A DNA stretch of 60,284 nt, counting the filler, from Sphacelaria rigidula (lineage: Eukaryota), in assembly GCA_964200075.2 (NCBI GenBank). It is 10 parts of 10 records of this genome, joined end to end, with 100 filler letters (N's around TTAATTAATTAA, not from the genome) between each part and the next. Parts side by side here need not be neighbours in the genome. Positions count along the whole stretch, not along the records: positions 1 to 5,939 come from CAXNAA020023328.1; positions 6,040 to 11,978 come from CAXNAA020023329.1; 8 more parts are not named here. One strand, written 5' to 3'. The position numbers and the translations under genes are program-made. Below are positions 1 to 11,200 of this stretch, one piece after another. Within the stretch, counting starts at the first letter, position 1. Each line of letters begins with the position of its first letter. The notes under the pieces are model-generated. The model was given only the letters and a program-made list of their open reading frames with translations, was not told the DNA's origin and ran no database searches.

Positions 1-834
1 GGGGTCGCGCTCCTTCGGGGGGGAGGGTGAATGCTTCCCGGGTTTCCCTCTCTGCGTACTGCTGTGCGCGCAGGCTAAGGTTAGCACCGGTCATGATGAA
101 GAGTGAATCCGGCAGATCCCTGCTGCGTAGGTAGCTTCAGGTGAGGGAAACCTTCCCAGGGTGTGTTCGGTAGGGTAAATACCCGGGTATTTTTTCTCCC
201 GAATTTTGTGTGGCGATGATACGATCTCCAACCTTTACTCAGATGTTGGGCAGAGTTTTCAAAATGCCCAAATGTAGGAAATACCCTACCCAACATACCC
301 TTGGAGTCTTTTAAGATACAAATCAGAACGGAATGGGTAAAACACCGTGGACGCAGGTTGCGACGTAAGCTTATATGGGGACCACACTTTTTGGGCGGGA
401 ACTGTCATCCACGACGAGGTCTGCGGGAGCAAGAGGCAGAGACACTACTTCGGCACCATGATAATTCGGGAAGAGGAAGGGGGAGAGGGAAAGTAGATGG
501 GAAAAAGGACAAAAATATGAAGATAACTATTGAACGCGTAGTACTACTTGAAAAAGAAGCAACCCCGAAACACGGAAAGGAGTGAAATCACATATACATG
601 TTCGCGTGTCTGCATCTGTCGAGATTTGATATACAGAAGGTGTTCGGGGGTTTGGGAGTGGTCGACTTAGGACAAGTGGGGATTTGAACGTGAGTGAACG
701 ATGTTGCACGTTTACAGTGAACCCTATTATACCTTTTCCGGCTAAATAGGATAAATGATCAAAAGAGTATTTTTTGCTTGTCTCTTCCTTTTCAACCGGT
801 ACAGTAACTCACGTTCAAAGTAGGATACTCGGTA

Positions 835-997
835 ATTTCTTCGTAATTGGCGATTTTCTTAGGTACTTTCGCTCGCCACCGCTCATCGCCTCGGGGATCT
901 TGAGGTACTAGTATCCGCTCAACATTCCAAGAAAAAGTGATCACCGGTATTTAATACAGAATGACTTACGGGCTGACCGGTCGTCAGGGGTCCTGCC
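835..997. repeat. Dispersed repeat, inverted homolog at ~45070-45230
   Basis: cgtaattggcgattttcttagg...gacttacgggctgaccggtcgtcaggggtcctg aligns by eye with the reverse complement of 45070-45230 on another contig. Confidence 0.75.
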
Positions 998-1500
998 CCT
1001 TTTCAGGCCAGATTCTGACTCTTCGGTATTTTCGGTCGATCGATCCTGTCCCGATCGTATTTGTAAAGAAATGAAAAGGCTTGCCTTTTTCTCATTCTAC
1101 CTTCTCATTGCACTAGAGCCGAAAAAGTGTTTTTTATGGTGAAGAAAAAACTCCTGAAAAACGGGGTATCTACTCGTGTCGCCCGATAATGCCAACTGAC
1201 ACTAACTTGTGCACTGTGTTGAGGACGATCTGTTGATTGTGCCAAAATCTACCGATCCTAGCACTTTCGAGTCCTATCGAAGAGCAGTACGCGAGATGAA
1301 AATCAAAACAACCCGTGCCACTTTGAACGTGAGGTACTTACTATACACCCCCCTATGTTCAGTGTTGTTGATCAAGTGAAGAGAAAAATGAGAGGGAGAA
1401 TCACAAAGGAAGATCTGATGGCAGAAAGGAAGAAACACAGTTATCTCCACTCTGAAATCCACCATGTTGGGACCGTTCTCACGAGTTTTTTTTAGTGTAA

Positions 1501-1812
1501 GGGGGTGTATTTTTCAGATTTTGGACATTTGACACGGTTTTTGGCTCTCAAACAGGGAATATCGCCCCACACGTCGCGGACAGTCTGCATCACCCCACCG
1601 AGAGGAGTCTAGCCCAATTTTTCGATTCGCTTGGCTCCGGGGTTCCGAGCATGGCTCCTCAACATAAAAACTGTTGGGCATGAAAATGCGGTGCCTGCAA
1701 GTTTTCCGATGGGAGTGATGCAAAATGTCGAAGACGTGTGATGGCGATATTCCCTGTTTAGGGGGCCAAAGACGATGTCAAGTGTCCCAATAGTGAAATA
1801 TACGCCTCCCCC
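1501..1812. mobile_element. MITE-like element with ~100-bp imperfect terminal inverted repeats
   Basis: GGGGGTGTATTTTTCA...aaacagggaatatcgcc..cacacgtc mirrored by gacgtgtg..ggcgatattccctgttt...TGAAATATACGCCTCCCC. Confidence 0.7.
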
Positions 1813-2589
1813 CCCCGATACAAGATACCAAACGTAAAAAACCGCCTCACGACTTGAGTTTTCTTCTTCAAAATCCTCACGGGGTACCGTACCGACATGT
1901 AGGCAAGTTATTTTTTATCGCCATTCTGGAAAAATTTTCAAGGTACGAATCGCGTATGGTGTATGGGTGCATTTGCCTCATATTCATGATCAGATTGAGG
2001 GGAGACTTTAATGAGGCCGCAAATTCGGGGCACCACACTTTTTCGAATCACAACGGCGGCCTTTTGAAGGGTACTTAATGCCTTGACCGCGAATACCCCT
2101 GTGTCTCTCATGTGCCATTTTGCTGGTATACCACGAGTTGGAATTGTTGCCTACAGAACCGCCTGGGGGGAAATTGAATCGTATATGCAAAGATGATGGT
2201 AAACAGTTAGTTTCATCGTGAAGTGCACAGTACAGTAGTAGCAGTTCTATGTATCTTCGCTGTGGTCCGTGATGCTGTGGTGGTTCCCAGACGATCGAAC
2301 TGAAGGGGTCCGGGAGCCGACGGTGAAGAATGAATGATAGACAACGTTTAACCGCCTCAAGCTCGCACTTGGCCCCCCCCCGCCCCCCCCCCCCCCCCCC
2401 CCCCCCAACACCCCCCGCCCCTCCCCCGCCCCACCACTGNNNNNNNNNNGAGTCAACCAAAGGGGGCCGGGGACCGCCGGGGAAAAATGAATGATCACCA
2501 CCGTTCACCCCCCCCCACCCCCCCCGTGGCCCCCCCCCCCCCCCCCCCCCCCCTAACATTGCCAATGCGCCCGTGAAGCCTCTGTTTAG

Positions 2590-2700
2590 ATATGTAAAAG
2601 GTTTTCGTGTAAAGGGTGAAAGAAACGTAAGAGCGCCGAAATGTTGGAGGTGTTGCCGTAAGCAGCAGAAACGGTGCTGCGTCTCGAAGGGAATGCGTTT
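2590..2700 (+). mobile_element. Degenerate 3' end fragment of the RTEX-like LINE, lying between C-runs
   Basis: aagaaacgtaagagcgccgaaatgttggaggtgt...cggtgctgcgtctcgaagggaatgcg matches 17151-17229; C-runs at ~2508-2553 and ~2725-2732. Confidence 0.7.
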
Positions 2701-2795
2701 CTATTTCAAAGAGATGCGACACCGCCCCCCCCGATTTTGCCTCATCCCACACCCCCAACCTGGACGAATATTCGTCGTTGTTGCGTCGCTTCCAG

Positions 2796-3427
2796 ACGGC
2801 GGCGACTCAGAGAATGAATCGTCTGACAGCGACGGCGGGCCCGGTTTCTTCGACGGCATTAACGACAACCCGACATCGGAAGAATTTGCCCGCGTTACTG
2901 GGGGAAGACTTGTTGGGGATGCGGGGACAGTACGAGGGAGCGGTGGGAAAGGCGGAGCGAGCAGCAAGGGCGAGGAGAGCGCTAGTCGCAACCACTGCGA
3001 TGACGATGACAACATCAGCAGCCTTGGCGATGCCGGCAACGGCGATGATTTACGGAACGGTTCCGCGGGAGAACAGGCCAAGCGTGCAGCAGCAGCGGCA
3101 GTAGCAACTGCTGATGGTGGTGGAAGCGTAGATGGCGACAAAGAAAATGACAGCGCGAGTCCATCGACGTCGCCGACGACCAAAAAGAAGAAACGCAGTG
3201 CGGTGAAGGAGGACGGGTCAGAGGAAAATGTGGTGGCTGCTGTTGGCGGTGGCGGCGGCCGTACTGGGCGTACTGCTGCGGCGCCGTCTAATTTCAGCAG
3301 GGTGGACCCGTCGCTTCCCGTGACGGAGCTGGAACAGCGGTTCCCCATGTTCTTGGAGGCGGAGGCGTGCACGGTCGAGGTCCATGCGGGGCAGATGCTG
3401 TTCCTCCCCGCTGGCTGGTTCCATGAG
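2796..3427 (+). CDS. Internal exon of a JmjC-domain (cupin-8 type) 2-oxoglutarate/Fe(II) oxygenase
   Basis: Acceptor tccAG|, donor GAG|GTgtgt; encodes NFSRVDPSLPVTELEQRFPMFLEAEACTVEVHAGQMLFLPAGWFHE, the C-terminal half of a JmjC fold with the distal metal-binding His (PAGWFH), preceded by an acidic/Gly-rich low-complexity stretch. Confidence 0.85.
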
Positions 3428-4289
3428 GTGTGTGTTTTTTTGTGGGTGGGGCATTCGTATTCAATCAATGTGGGAAGATGTTGAACTCATGTCTCGATGT
3501 TTGAACGAAAGTTCCGAGTAAAAGCGTTGGGCTATGTATATTGATCGCTCTGCTTTGCATCGCACTTCCAATTTTCTTTTCCCTTGTTATGATGTAAAAT
3601 GAGCATAATCGGCACAGAAGCAGGAGCACGGGAAGAAACACTTGAATTTCATGGATTATAACTCCACTGAAGCTCTCGCGTTTCGCACGCGTGAATAACG
3701 TACAGTCTATGTAGCCACACGACGTCGTTCCACGTTTGCAAGGGCCGGCAGGAAGGCGGAGCTCAGACCGGAGTCGTTGCCCGGCAAGTTCTCGCTAGGT
3801 TCTCCTGTACTATCCCCGGCCACTATTAGATCCGTTTTGACGTACACGTACAAGACCTGTCTCCCGGAGTGCCATTCGCTATTGAACAAGGGAAAAGGCA
3901 GACGCGGCAGTGCTACCCCCACTAGTGTAATCGTACCTGAGCCACCTCCCCCGCAAACGGAACTGTGTGACGTAGTGAGCACCCCTCAGATGAAGTACAC
4001 AACCGAGACCAAGGAATATTCTACGCCCAAAGTGGGAGTTTTCGACGCGTATGGCGGAACGCCAATCACTGCGTCCGCGGCAACAGCACTCGACGAAATA
4101 AATAGGCGGTCGAGGGCGTTGACGGCCGAGAAAGGCGGGAATTTCCAAAAACAAACGTCCGAAGGGATGATCCCACACGAAGGACAAATTCCCGCTCCGG
4201 GTCAGGAGAAGTCGAGACAAGTATCCTCCAAGCACACATGAACCACGGTGGCCTGTAGAGTTCTTCTCTTTCCGTGGGGAATTATGAAG

Positions 4290-4772
4290 TATTCGATGTA
4301 GGAAGAGGGCCGGCCGTGGTTGTGGGGAAAAGGTGTACTGCGTACCGGAGCAACAGTCTCTCCGCTCCTCCTACACTTTACACAGTACACTTCTACCCGC
4401 CCCACCCGCCGTCGGGACTGGTGAATGCGATTGATGAAGTTCATCTCCATTGCTACCAATTCTCAAACACTACAGACAGTAGTAGTCGTACTGTAAAGTG
4501 TATGTGTTGCCGCTGGCGTGCTGGGGTGTGTACTCGACGGAGAAGAGTCTTGACTGTTTGGTCCTTCGCAGGGTACTTTTCTTGTGACAGAGTGCTGTTT
4601 GTTTGACGATAACGCATTCAATGTAGGAAGAGGACCGGCCGTGGTTGTGAGGGAAAAGTGTACTACGTACCGGAGCAACAGTTTCTCCGCTCCCACACTG
4701 TACAAGAAACATACCCGCCCGCCGTCGGGACTGCTGAATGCAGTTGATGAAGTTCATCTCGATGGCTACCAA
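4290..4772 (+). repeat. Local direct duplication of ~160-170 bp (4290-4460 and 4615-4772)
   Basis: atgtaggaagagg.ccggccgtggttgtg...ccgccgtcgggactg.tgaatgc..ttgatgaagttcatctc.at.gctaccaa occurs twice. Confidence 0.85.
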
Positions 4773-5023
4773 GTCTCCGGCGCTAAAATTTTTTTGAACA
4801 CTGTCGGACTTCAGTGCTGTGTACTCAGTACACTTTTCTTCGTGAAGTCTACCGTCGGTTCTAAAAAGTTCTCAAAACACCGTTGGACTTTTGTATTGTG
4901 TTCAGTGTAACACTCTGTACTATCTGTGATGATGTACTGCGTTGTACTGCCAAAGTTCTTGAAAAAACGAAGTTTTCTGTCACGGATTTTCTGTCACGAG
5001 AAATCAATGTGACATGAGAAAAG

Positions 5024-5439
5024 AACACGGGATTTTACAAATTGGGGATGGATCTTTTATCGAGAATGGAAACCCGGAGGTTCAAAATCTTCGTATCCGC
5101 ACCAACTCTTCCAAGTATGCCTCCATTTGTTTACTTGCTGGTAGCTGTTGACAACTGCTACACGCCATACAAGTCTGGATTTCGATAACCGAAATATCCG
5201 GGCCCGAGCTGAAGAACCAATTTTGGCGTCCGAAATTCCCTCAAATTGTTCCTTCACCTAGGACCCCGACATTTCGGTTATCGAAATCCAGATTTGTATG
5301 GCGCGTAGTAGTTGTCAGTGGCTACCAGCAAGTAAAAAAATGGAAGCATACTTCGGAGAATCTGGTGTGGATACGAAGACTTTATTTCTCCGGGTTTTCA
5401 TCCACAATAAAAGATCTCCAATTTGTGAAATCCTGTGTT
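5024..5439. mobile_element. Foldback/MITE with ~195-bp inverted arms and a short spacer
   Basis: AACACGGGATTTTACAAATTGG...ctggatttcgataaccgaaat mirrored by atttcggttatcgaaatccag...CCAATTTGTGAAATCCTGTGTT. Confidence 0.85.
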
Positions 5440-5785
5440 GGAGGCCCAAGACAACACAATTTTTCATGCTGAAAATTGGAATATATATATCTATATACAG
5501 TGATACGATTCTGAGATTAATGTTCCCTTGTCTTGTCCTGAAATGACCGAGTATGAAATTGTCAATGTTATCACTTTTTTTGTCGAGGGTGCTGGCGTGC
5601 CGGTGACGTTTTTCATCTTACCCCATGCTTGTAATTCGTGAAGTACGTTGAATAGCACCTTCCAAATCTCAGCACCCACATATCAAGAGTAACGACAAAA
5701 AATGTCATACACCGCTAACTTCCGTGTACTGTGTAGTCCTTTCTACCGGCAACTTGTAATACGAGATTCGTGTGCACTATTTATT

Positions 5786-5939
5786 GAGCGCTTACAGTAC
5801 TTTTGTGTGTGGATGAGATGTGCTTATACCCTGGACAATAGACTATGTAATAGAACATTGGCGTTGCAATAGCCCCGAAAAATTGGCTTTCGATGTTCAT
5901 TGTCAGTCATTATCTACTGGCATCAAAGTCTATCGATAG
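5786..5939 (+). repeat. Dispersed repeat ending in the CTATCGATAG palindrome; close copy at 23572-23726
   Basis: gcgcttacagtacttttgtgtgtgg.tgagatgtgcttataccctggacaatagactatgtaatagaacattggcg...catcaaagtctatcgatag present on contigs 1 and 4. Confidence 0.9.
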
Positions 5940-6039
5940 NNNNNNNNNNNNNNNNNNNNNNNNNNNNNNNNNNNNNNNNNNNNTTAATTAATTAANNNNN
6001 NNNNNNNNNNNNNNNNNNNNNNNNNNNNNNNNNNNNNNN
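5940..6039. other. Artificial contig spacer (44 N + TTAATTAATTAA + 44 N); first of nine identical spacers (others at 11979-12078, 18018-18117, 24057-24156, 30095-30194, 36133-36232, 42171-42270, 48209-48308, 54247-54346)
   Basis: Identical 100-bp structure with stop codons in all six frames, separating segments of 5939 bp (x4) then 5938 bp (x6), which indicates size-sorted concatenated contigs. Confidence 0.98.
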
Positions 6040-7638
6040 AGATGGGTTGATCCCTTGAGACCATGGACTCATCCCGAGGAAGGGGAGGGGTTCAAAGTGT
6101 GAGGAAAAAAATAATAATAGCGGCAGCGCTGATTACAGGGTTGACAACCCCTGATGTGTACTTGGGTGCACGAATCTACACGCTTGAGAATCTGTCCCCG
6201 ATATGTATTTTTGTTAAGATATCACAGTAACCACTGAGCCACACAGCGAGCGAGCACTGACTGCGTAGCTCAGTCATTGTTATGATTCCTCAACACGCAC
6301 ATACCGTTCAGAAACACATTTCAGAGACACAATTACCCTCTACTGTATGTGGCTTTCCGATCATGTATTCAAGAACACATCGTATTATTACAGTATATCC
6401 CAGAAGCGCAAAAAAGGAGAAACATTCGTACAGAACTTCCGGAGTATGAAGCAGGTGCTCACAGCAAGGAATAGAAGCTAGTCGATGGCGTTAGGACACC
6501 GGGCTTTGAGGTATGCTCCGCATTGCTCGAACGAAGTCGGGCAATGCTGATCCCTTTTCTGCACGGGCGGAAACGAATTGCGGAGGAAAACTGCCATGCT
6601 TTTAGTACGACCCGCGGCTCGCATCACAATTACCCCCGTAAACCGCCCCCCTAGAAGACGATCATGGCGCAGTAGCTGCCTCGGACGACGCGAGTATTTC
6701 GTTTCCCACGTCATTCGCATACCCTCCCCCCCACCCCGATCCTTCCTCGGCACGAGCCCGTGTTCTCAAGGGATCAGCCCGTCTCTGCCTTGGTACATGC
6801 CTCGCATTTTGGTACATCGAGGACTCGGCAACCACTCCCGCATCGTGTTGGCTTCGGAACAAAGGAAGAAGTACTTTTGACCGGTACACCCTATCTAAAC
6901 AGAACACAACTTAGGGTATTTGTGATTGATTTGATTCTATTGATTGTCACACTTTCACTGACCCCCAGGTAGTCATGATCCAGCCGTCGTCACATGATAG
7001 ACGTACCCGAGATAAAAACAAAACTGAAACACTCGCCGAAGAAAACAAAAACGCCGTAGGTAGAGCAGAACAGTATAGTAGACCAAGCCGTCAAAAAATA
7101 AAATAAATAGGTGAAAATAAACCAATATAAAATAAAAGAAGTATTTATAAACTCATGAAAGGGACGTTTTCTATCTGCAAATACCCCTCTCAATCATACC
7201 GGAGTGCTCGGAACAGAAACAGCTCGATTCCCTGCCGTACCATACGGATTGTTCGGTCCATATTCCAGTACGTTTTGGTATGCCAATCACAAATGTACCT
7301 CACTTTCGGGTATACCCCCATCATGTACATTCAGAACAAAACCTTGGAAATATTCGCGTCCTTACGCCTTCAAAGACGGAAATCAATCGCTCCTGCAAAA
7401 GGTAACGTATTCTGCTGGCATGCTCGACCTCGGCTCCACCTTGCCCGGTTTTCACGACATACGACTTAGACCAAGAGGACACGGCGGTGGCCATGCAGTG
7501 CGGTATCACGTGTGTGCGTTCGGTGTGCTCAAGCGTAGGTGGGCGACTCTCCTCGCCACGTTGAGCGAAGTACTACCATCGGGTGCAAAATAGTCCGACA
7601 CGCTGGAGGCAAGGATAGAATACTGTACATCTTCTCAC

Positions 7639-7752
7639 CTTTGACGATAGCATCGTTGCTGCTCCTGTGAAGGAAGATCCCCGCCTGTTTTCCGTTGTAC
7701 ACCGTGTTGTTTTGGATGGACAGGCCGTTGCACTCCACGGATGCGATGATTC
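7639..7752 (-). CDS. Mannuronan C5-epimerase (AlgG-like beta-helix), exon 5 of 5 visible
   Basis: AG/GT bounded, phase-consistent; (G)IIASVECNGLSIQNNTVYNGKQAGIFLHRSSNDAIVK(G), typical of brown algal alginate epimerase PbH1 repeats. Confidence 0.9.
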
Positions 7753-7805
7753 CTTCGTAGCAGAGGAAATAAAGAAATTGAGAGGGGACATGGGGGGGGG
7801 GGGAG

Positions 7806-8372
7806 GTGTACTCATGATCTTGCATGCCATAGTCATCTGATCATTGACCTCGCACCCCTACGAAGCCGGGACGGAGCACGCCGGGGTTCGCCGGACCAGG
7901 CTCGCAATCGATCACCAAGTGCGAAGGGCCGTGGTGTGCTCGGCGAGTCGCATGAAGGGTGAGCTGCATCCTGCTAAGGTTGTTCGACCCGAAGCATTCT
8001 GATTGTCTTGCATATGGATGACAGCCTCCCATGAGTTGCATCATTACCTGGTACCATCACTTCCAGAGACAGCCACGGCTCACACACTGCCTCATGGGTG
8101 TCTCACCATATAGACACAACGTAGTACGATCGTCCCCATTGTGCGGAGTTCAGGTTCTCCCACGCCGCACAACATGGTCTAGCTCGACTACCATCATGGT
8201 TACCGCAAAAAAAACGCAACCGAGCAAAACAAATCGGTATCGTGATTGCCTAGCGTACGCAGTGAGTGGCGTGTTTTACAGCATCATCGCTAAGCGACGC
8301 CAACTCCATACGGGGTTCTGCCCCTACAAAGCCGGGACGGAGCACACCGGGTTTTCGCCGTACCAGGCCAGT
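7806..8372 (-). mobile_element. ~570-bp non-coding retro-like element sharing the LINE 3' tail, with a ~48-bp internal direct repeat, flanked by G-rich runs; intronic
   Basis: Begins (plus strand) G-run+GTGTACTCATGATC; direct repeat ccctac.aagccgggacggagcac.ccggg.tt.gccg.accaggc at 7855-7901 and 8321-8368; homologous copies at 35782-36132, 36233-36280, 40556-41130, 60269-60284. Confidence 0.85.
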
Positions 8373-9364
8373 CGAGGGGGCAGGGAGGAGGGGGAGAGGG
8401 GAAGGAATGGGTACAGAAAAAAAACTGCATTTACCTGATAGTAGTAGCAGTGTGTGTGTTTTAACGTATTCATGTCCATGACCAGGTTCAAAGACGGCCA
8501 TGAGAAAAGTTGGGCCATCCTAGAGCCCATACTAACCTTTGACAAAACAAAGCAGGCAGGCAGGACTTGCTTCCGAACTCGGGTAGACAACACTTGCACG
8601 CGAGATTAAAATCATCATAGTATGTTACACCAGGTGTAAAATCAAAGGATGTTGTCGATGACTCTCCATTGACTAATCCTGCCAGACCCGCAACCGACTA
8701 CCAAAGGCGGTCCGTATGTGATTGAGTGATGGATCGATTGCGCACATGAAGTGGTCCCCAAGGAGTCATAATCCAGTTGTGGTCATCATCCACAAGATAC
8801 GCGTTCCCAAAGTAAAATAAACACGAAAACGCTCGCTGAAGGAAGGAAGCTCGAGTTCGGGGGAATATGAAAGGAGAGAGACAGAGACAGAGACAGATAG
8901 AAAGGGAGGTACAGAAAGAAACAACAGAGTATAAGTTAAGAACGAGAAACAGCGGTGAAACGAAAATGATATCGGTTGAACAAGTTGAATAGCTTCTTCG
9001 CGGTTTAAAGGGACGAGGGATGAACACAACGAGATTCTGACAAGAAGCGGGGGACTTCCCCCCGCCTTTTCCTCGGGGCGAGCCCGTGGTGTGAAGGGAC
9101 CAACCTGTTCCTCCATCGGTACCTGCCTTGCAATCTAGTATTGAGCATCATACCGGCACTACTGTAGCTCGTCAACTTGCAAGGGAGTATTTATGTTCAA
9201 GTCACGTTCTCACCCTTTCAACGACAAAAACCAAATAAAACGACTCGTGAGCGTCGGGATGTCCAACCCACCGCTTCGCTCAAACTGGCCGATGATGGAT
9301 GATGTACTACCAGTCTGGCCGCCGAAGCGAGGAGGGGGCTGAAAAAAAAGAGGAATAGACTCAC

Positions 9365-9422
9365 CGTGGTTGCCGTTATCGTAAACCTCGTTGTCATGGA
9401 TGTTAAGATTATCCGAGTTGTC
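9365..9422 (-). CDS. Mannuronan C5-epimerase exon 4
   Basis: ccAG|GAC...CACG|GTga; DNSDNLNIHDNEVYDNGNH(G); supplies the last D of the DPHD motif. Confidence 0.9.
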
Positions 9423-10086
9423 CTGGGCGCGCGCGTACGAAAGCAACGCGGTCATAACGAGGTCGGTACATACACAGTAGAGGCGCACAACAGTGTCGAA
9501 TGACATGTCTGGGAAGCGTCCAGGAATCTCAGAATAGCAAAGCAAAAAAGACAGGGGCAAAAGTATCACCTGTCGTCTGGGTAATCACTTGGTTTTACTC
9601 TGAAACCCGCACATATTGTTTTTTCTTGTGTATTCGGTATCCGTTTCGTTTTCGTGTGCGACGGTCTCCTTCTGATGAAAACTCATAAAATATTATGTAG
9701 CCATCACCGTTTCACTTTTGATATTACCCCAAAAGATGACGATATTGGTGGTATACGTATGACAACTTGTGGTTGCAGCGCGTCGTCAGCGAGCATCTTC
9801 AATTTTGTCGCGAGGCATTCTTGAGAGTCTTGGCTTCGAGTGAGTGCAAAACGCAAAAAAAATTGCACAGCCGACATCTCTACACATTTGCCACAACAGC
9901 GCGCAACAAGCGCTACCTGTCTGACAAATATATCATTGCGTTATTCATGACGCACCATTCCGTGTATCACCTGGTGCCATATGTTGAGAGTCTCTTACGT
10001 ATCGTATGTTTTTTTTCTAGGGACAGCACTCAGACGATCTTTCGCACACTTGAAAACACAAGAAAAAATGAAACCTTGCGACGTAC

Positions 10087-10165
10087 GTGAGGGTCGAATC
10101 CGTACTGCACGTTCCCCCACATCTTGTTTCTCCTCCAGTCGCCCCCCTGGTGTCCGTAAGAATAG
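10087..10165 (-). CDS. Mannuronan C5-epimerase exon 3 (catalytic motif)
   Basis: gcAG|...|GTacgt; (H)YSYGHQGGDWRRNKMWGNVQYGFDPH, joining the next exon to give YGFDPHD. Confidence 0.92.
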
Positions 10166-10610
10166 CTGCCAAACAAGCAGCGACACGATATACAGCGCGA
10201 ACCAAGTCACGCGAACACGTGACACAACACACGAGAGGCACACGGCAAAAGAAAATGTGCTAGCCGCCGGAAAGTGACAAGGAGACACGCAGCAGCAAGC
10301 TCCGCAAGCTGGGGAGCCGATGTATGGATCATGTGAACGGAAATCCCATTTTCAGCACCTGAAACGGATACCGGTTGTTCCAAGATCTCTCGCAGGAGTG
10401 TCTACGTAAATCGTTAACGGATGTATTATTCATGCTTCACCACACAAGTAGTTGTAGATATTAGAAACGAACCACCTTGTAGTTGAAGCGTCAGTAGTTT
10501 ACACGCATGATATCCTTCGTTCTTTTGTTCATCAAAGGTATCAAACGTCGCCTGCATGGTGTTGTGTGTTCTTGTTTCAAACGTGAGATTGTTGAAGGGG
10601 ACGCACTCAC

Positions 10611-10714
10611 TGGCCGAAATAGTTGTGGTGGATGTTGGAGTCGTAGATGTTCCCGTACACCGCCACCCTGTCGAACACTTGCTTGTTAGATTTGTTTGCA
10701 CAGAAGCCGCGCAC
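10611..10714 (-). CDS. Mannuronan C5-epimerase exon 2
   Basis: ttAG|GTGCGC...GGCCA|GTgag; VRGFCANKSNKQVFDRVAVYGNIYDSNIHHNYFG. Confidence 0.9.
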
Positions 10715-11166
10715 CTAAACCACAGTTCAAAAATGAACGAACACGCCGGCCGAGCGCGATGATTCATTACACTTGCACCGGTTGTTGCCTCTGTACAAAC
10801 ACAATACACCGTCTTGCCACATTTCTTTTTAGTGATGATCGGAAATGTTCAACTGATGGAGGAGATACACGCAGCGCGGTGTGAAGGTTAAGACGCTCAA
10901 CGGCAGACCCTCAAACAGACGCACTTCACCAGAGACTACTATGGGAGTGCTCCCACACTATATACCACTATAGTCCACATACAGCTACTACGGCAATGAA
11001 AGGCAAGTGTCAACCATAAAAGAGCCGAGCAGTTACAGGAAGCAATATTGCTGAGAGTACATTCGAAATGCAAGGCTTCTCACGAATAACTATGGGTCAC
11101 AAGATGGGCCGACTGCCTCCTATTCCGACGTTTCGGTAACAAAGGCACAAAGACCAACAAGCGCAC

Positions 11167-11200
11167 CTTCCACACAAGCCCGTAGCTCTCCGAGTCGAAC
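11167..11200 (-). CDS. Mannuronan C5-epimerase exon 1 of those visible (34-nt micro-exon)
   Basis: ctAG|G TTC GAC...AAG|GTgcgc; FDSESYGLVWK, in phase with the following VRGFC exon. Confidence 0.85.

Noticed and set aside
2573..2795. N-terminal part of the 303-aa ORF and the antisense 255-aa ORF (2701-3468)
   Set aside because: The first is intronic LINE tail upstream of the splice acceptor; the second is a shadow of the GC-rich exon
3777..4241. 154-aa ORF as a continuation of the JmjC gene
   Set aside because: No recognisable domain or convincing splice sites, and it lies next to repeat-like duplicated sequence
5984..5995. TTAATTAATTAA recurring every ~6,038 bp
   Set aside because: Artificial six-frame stop linker inside N spacers; the periodicity reflects size-sorted contigs, not biology
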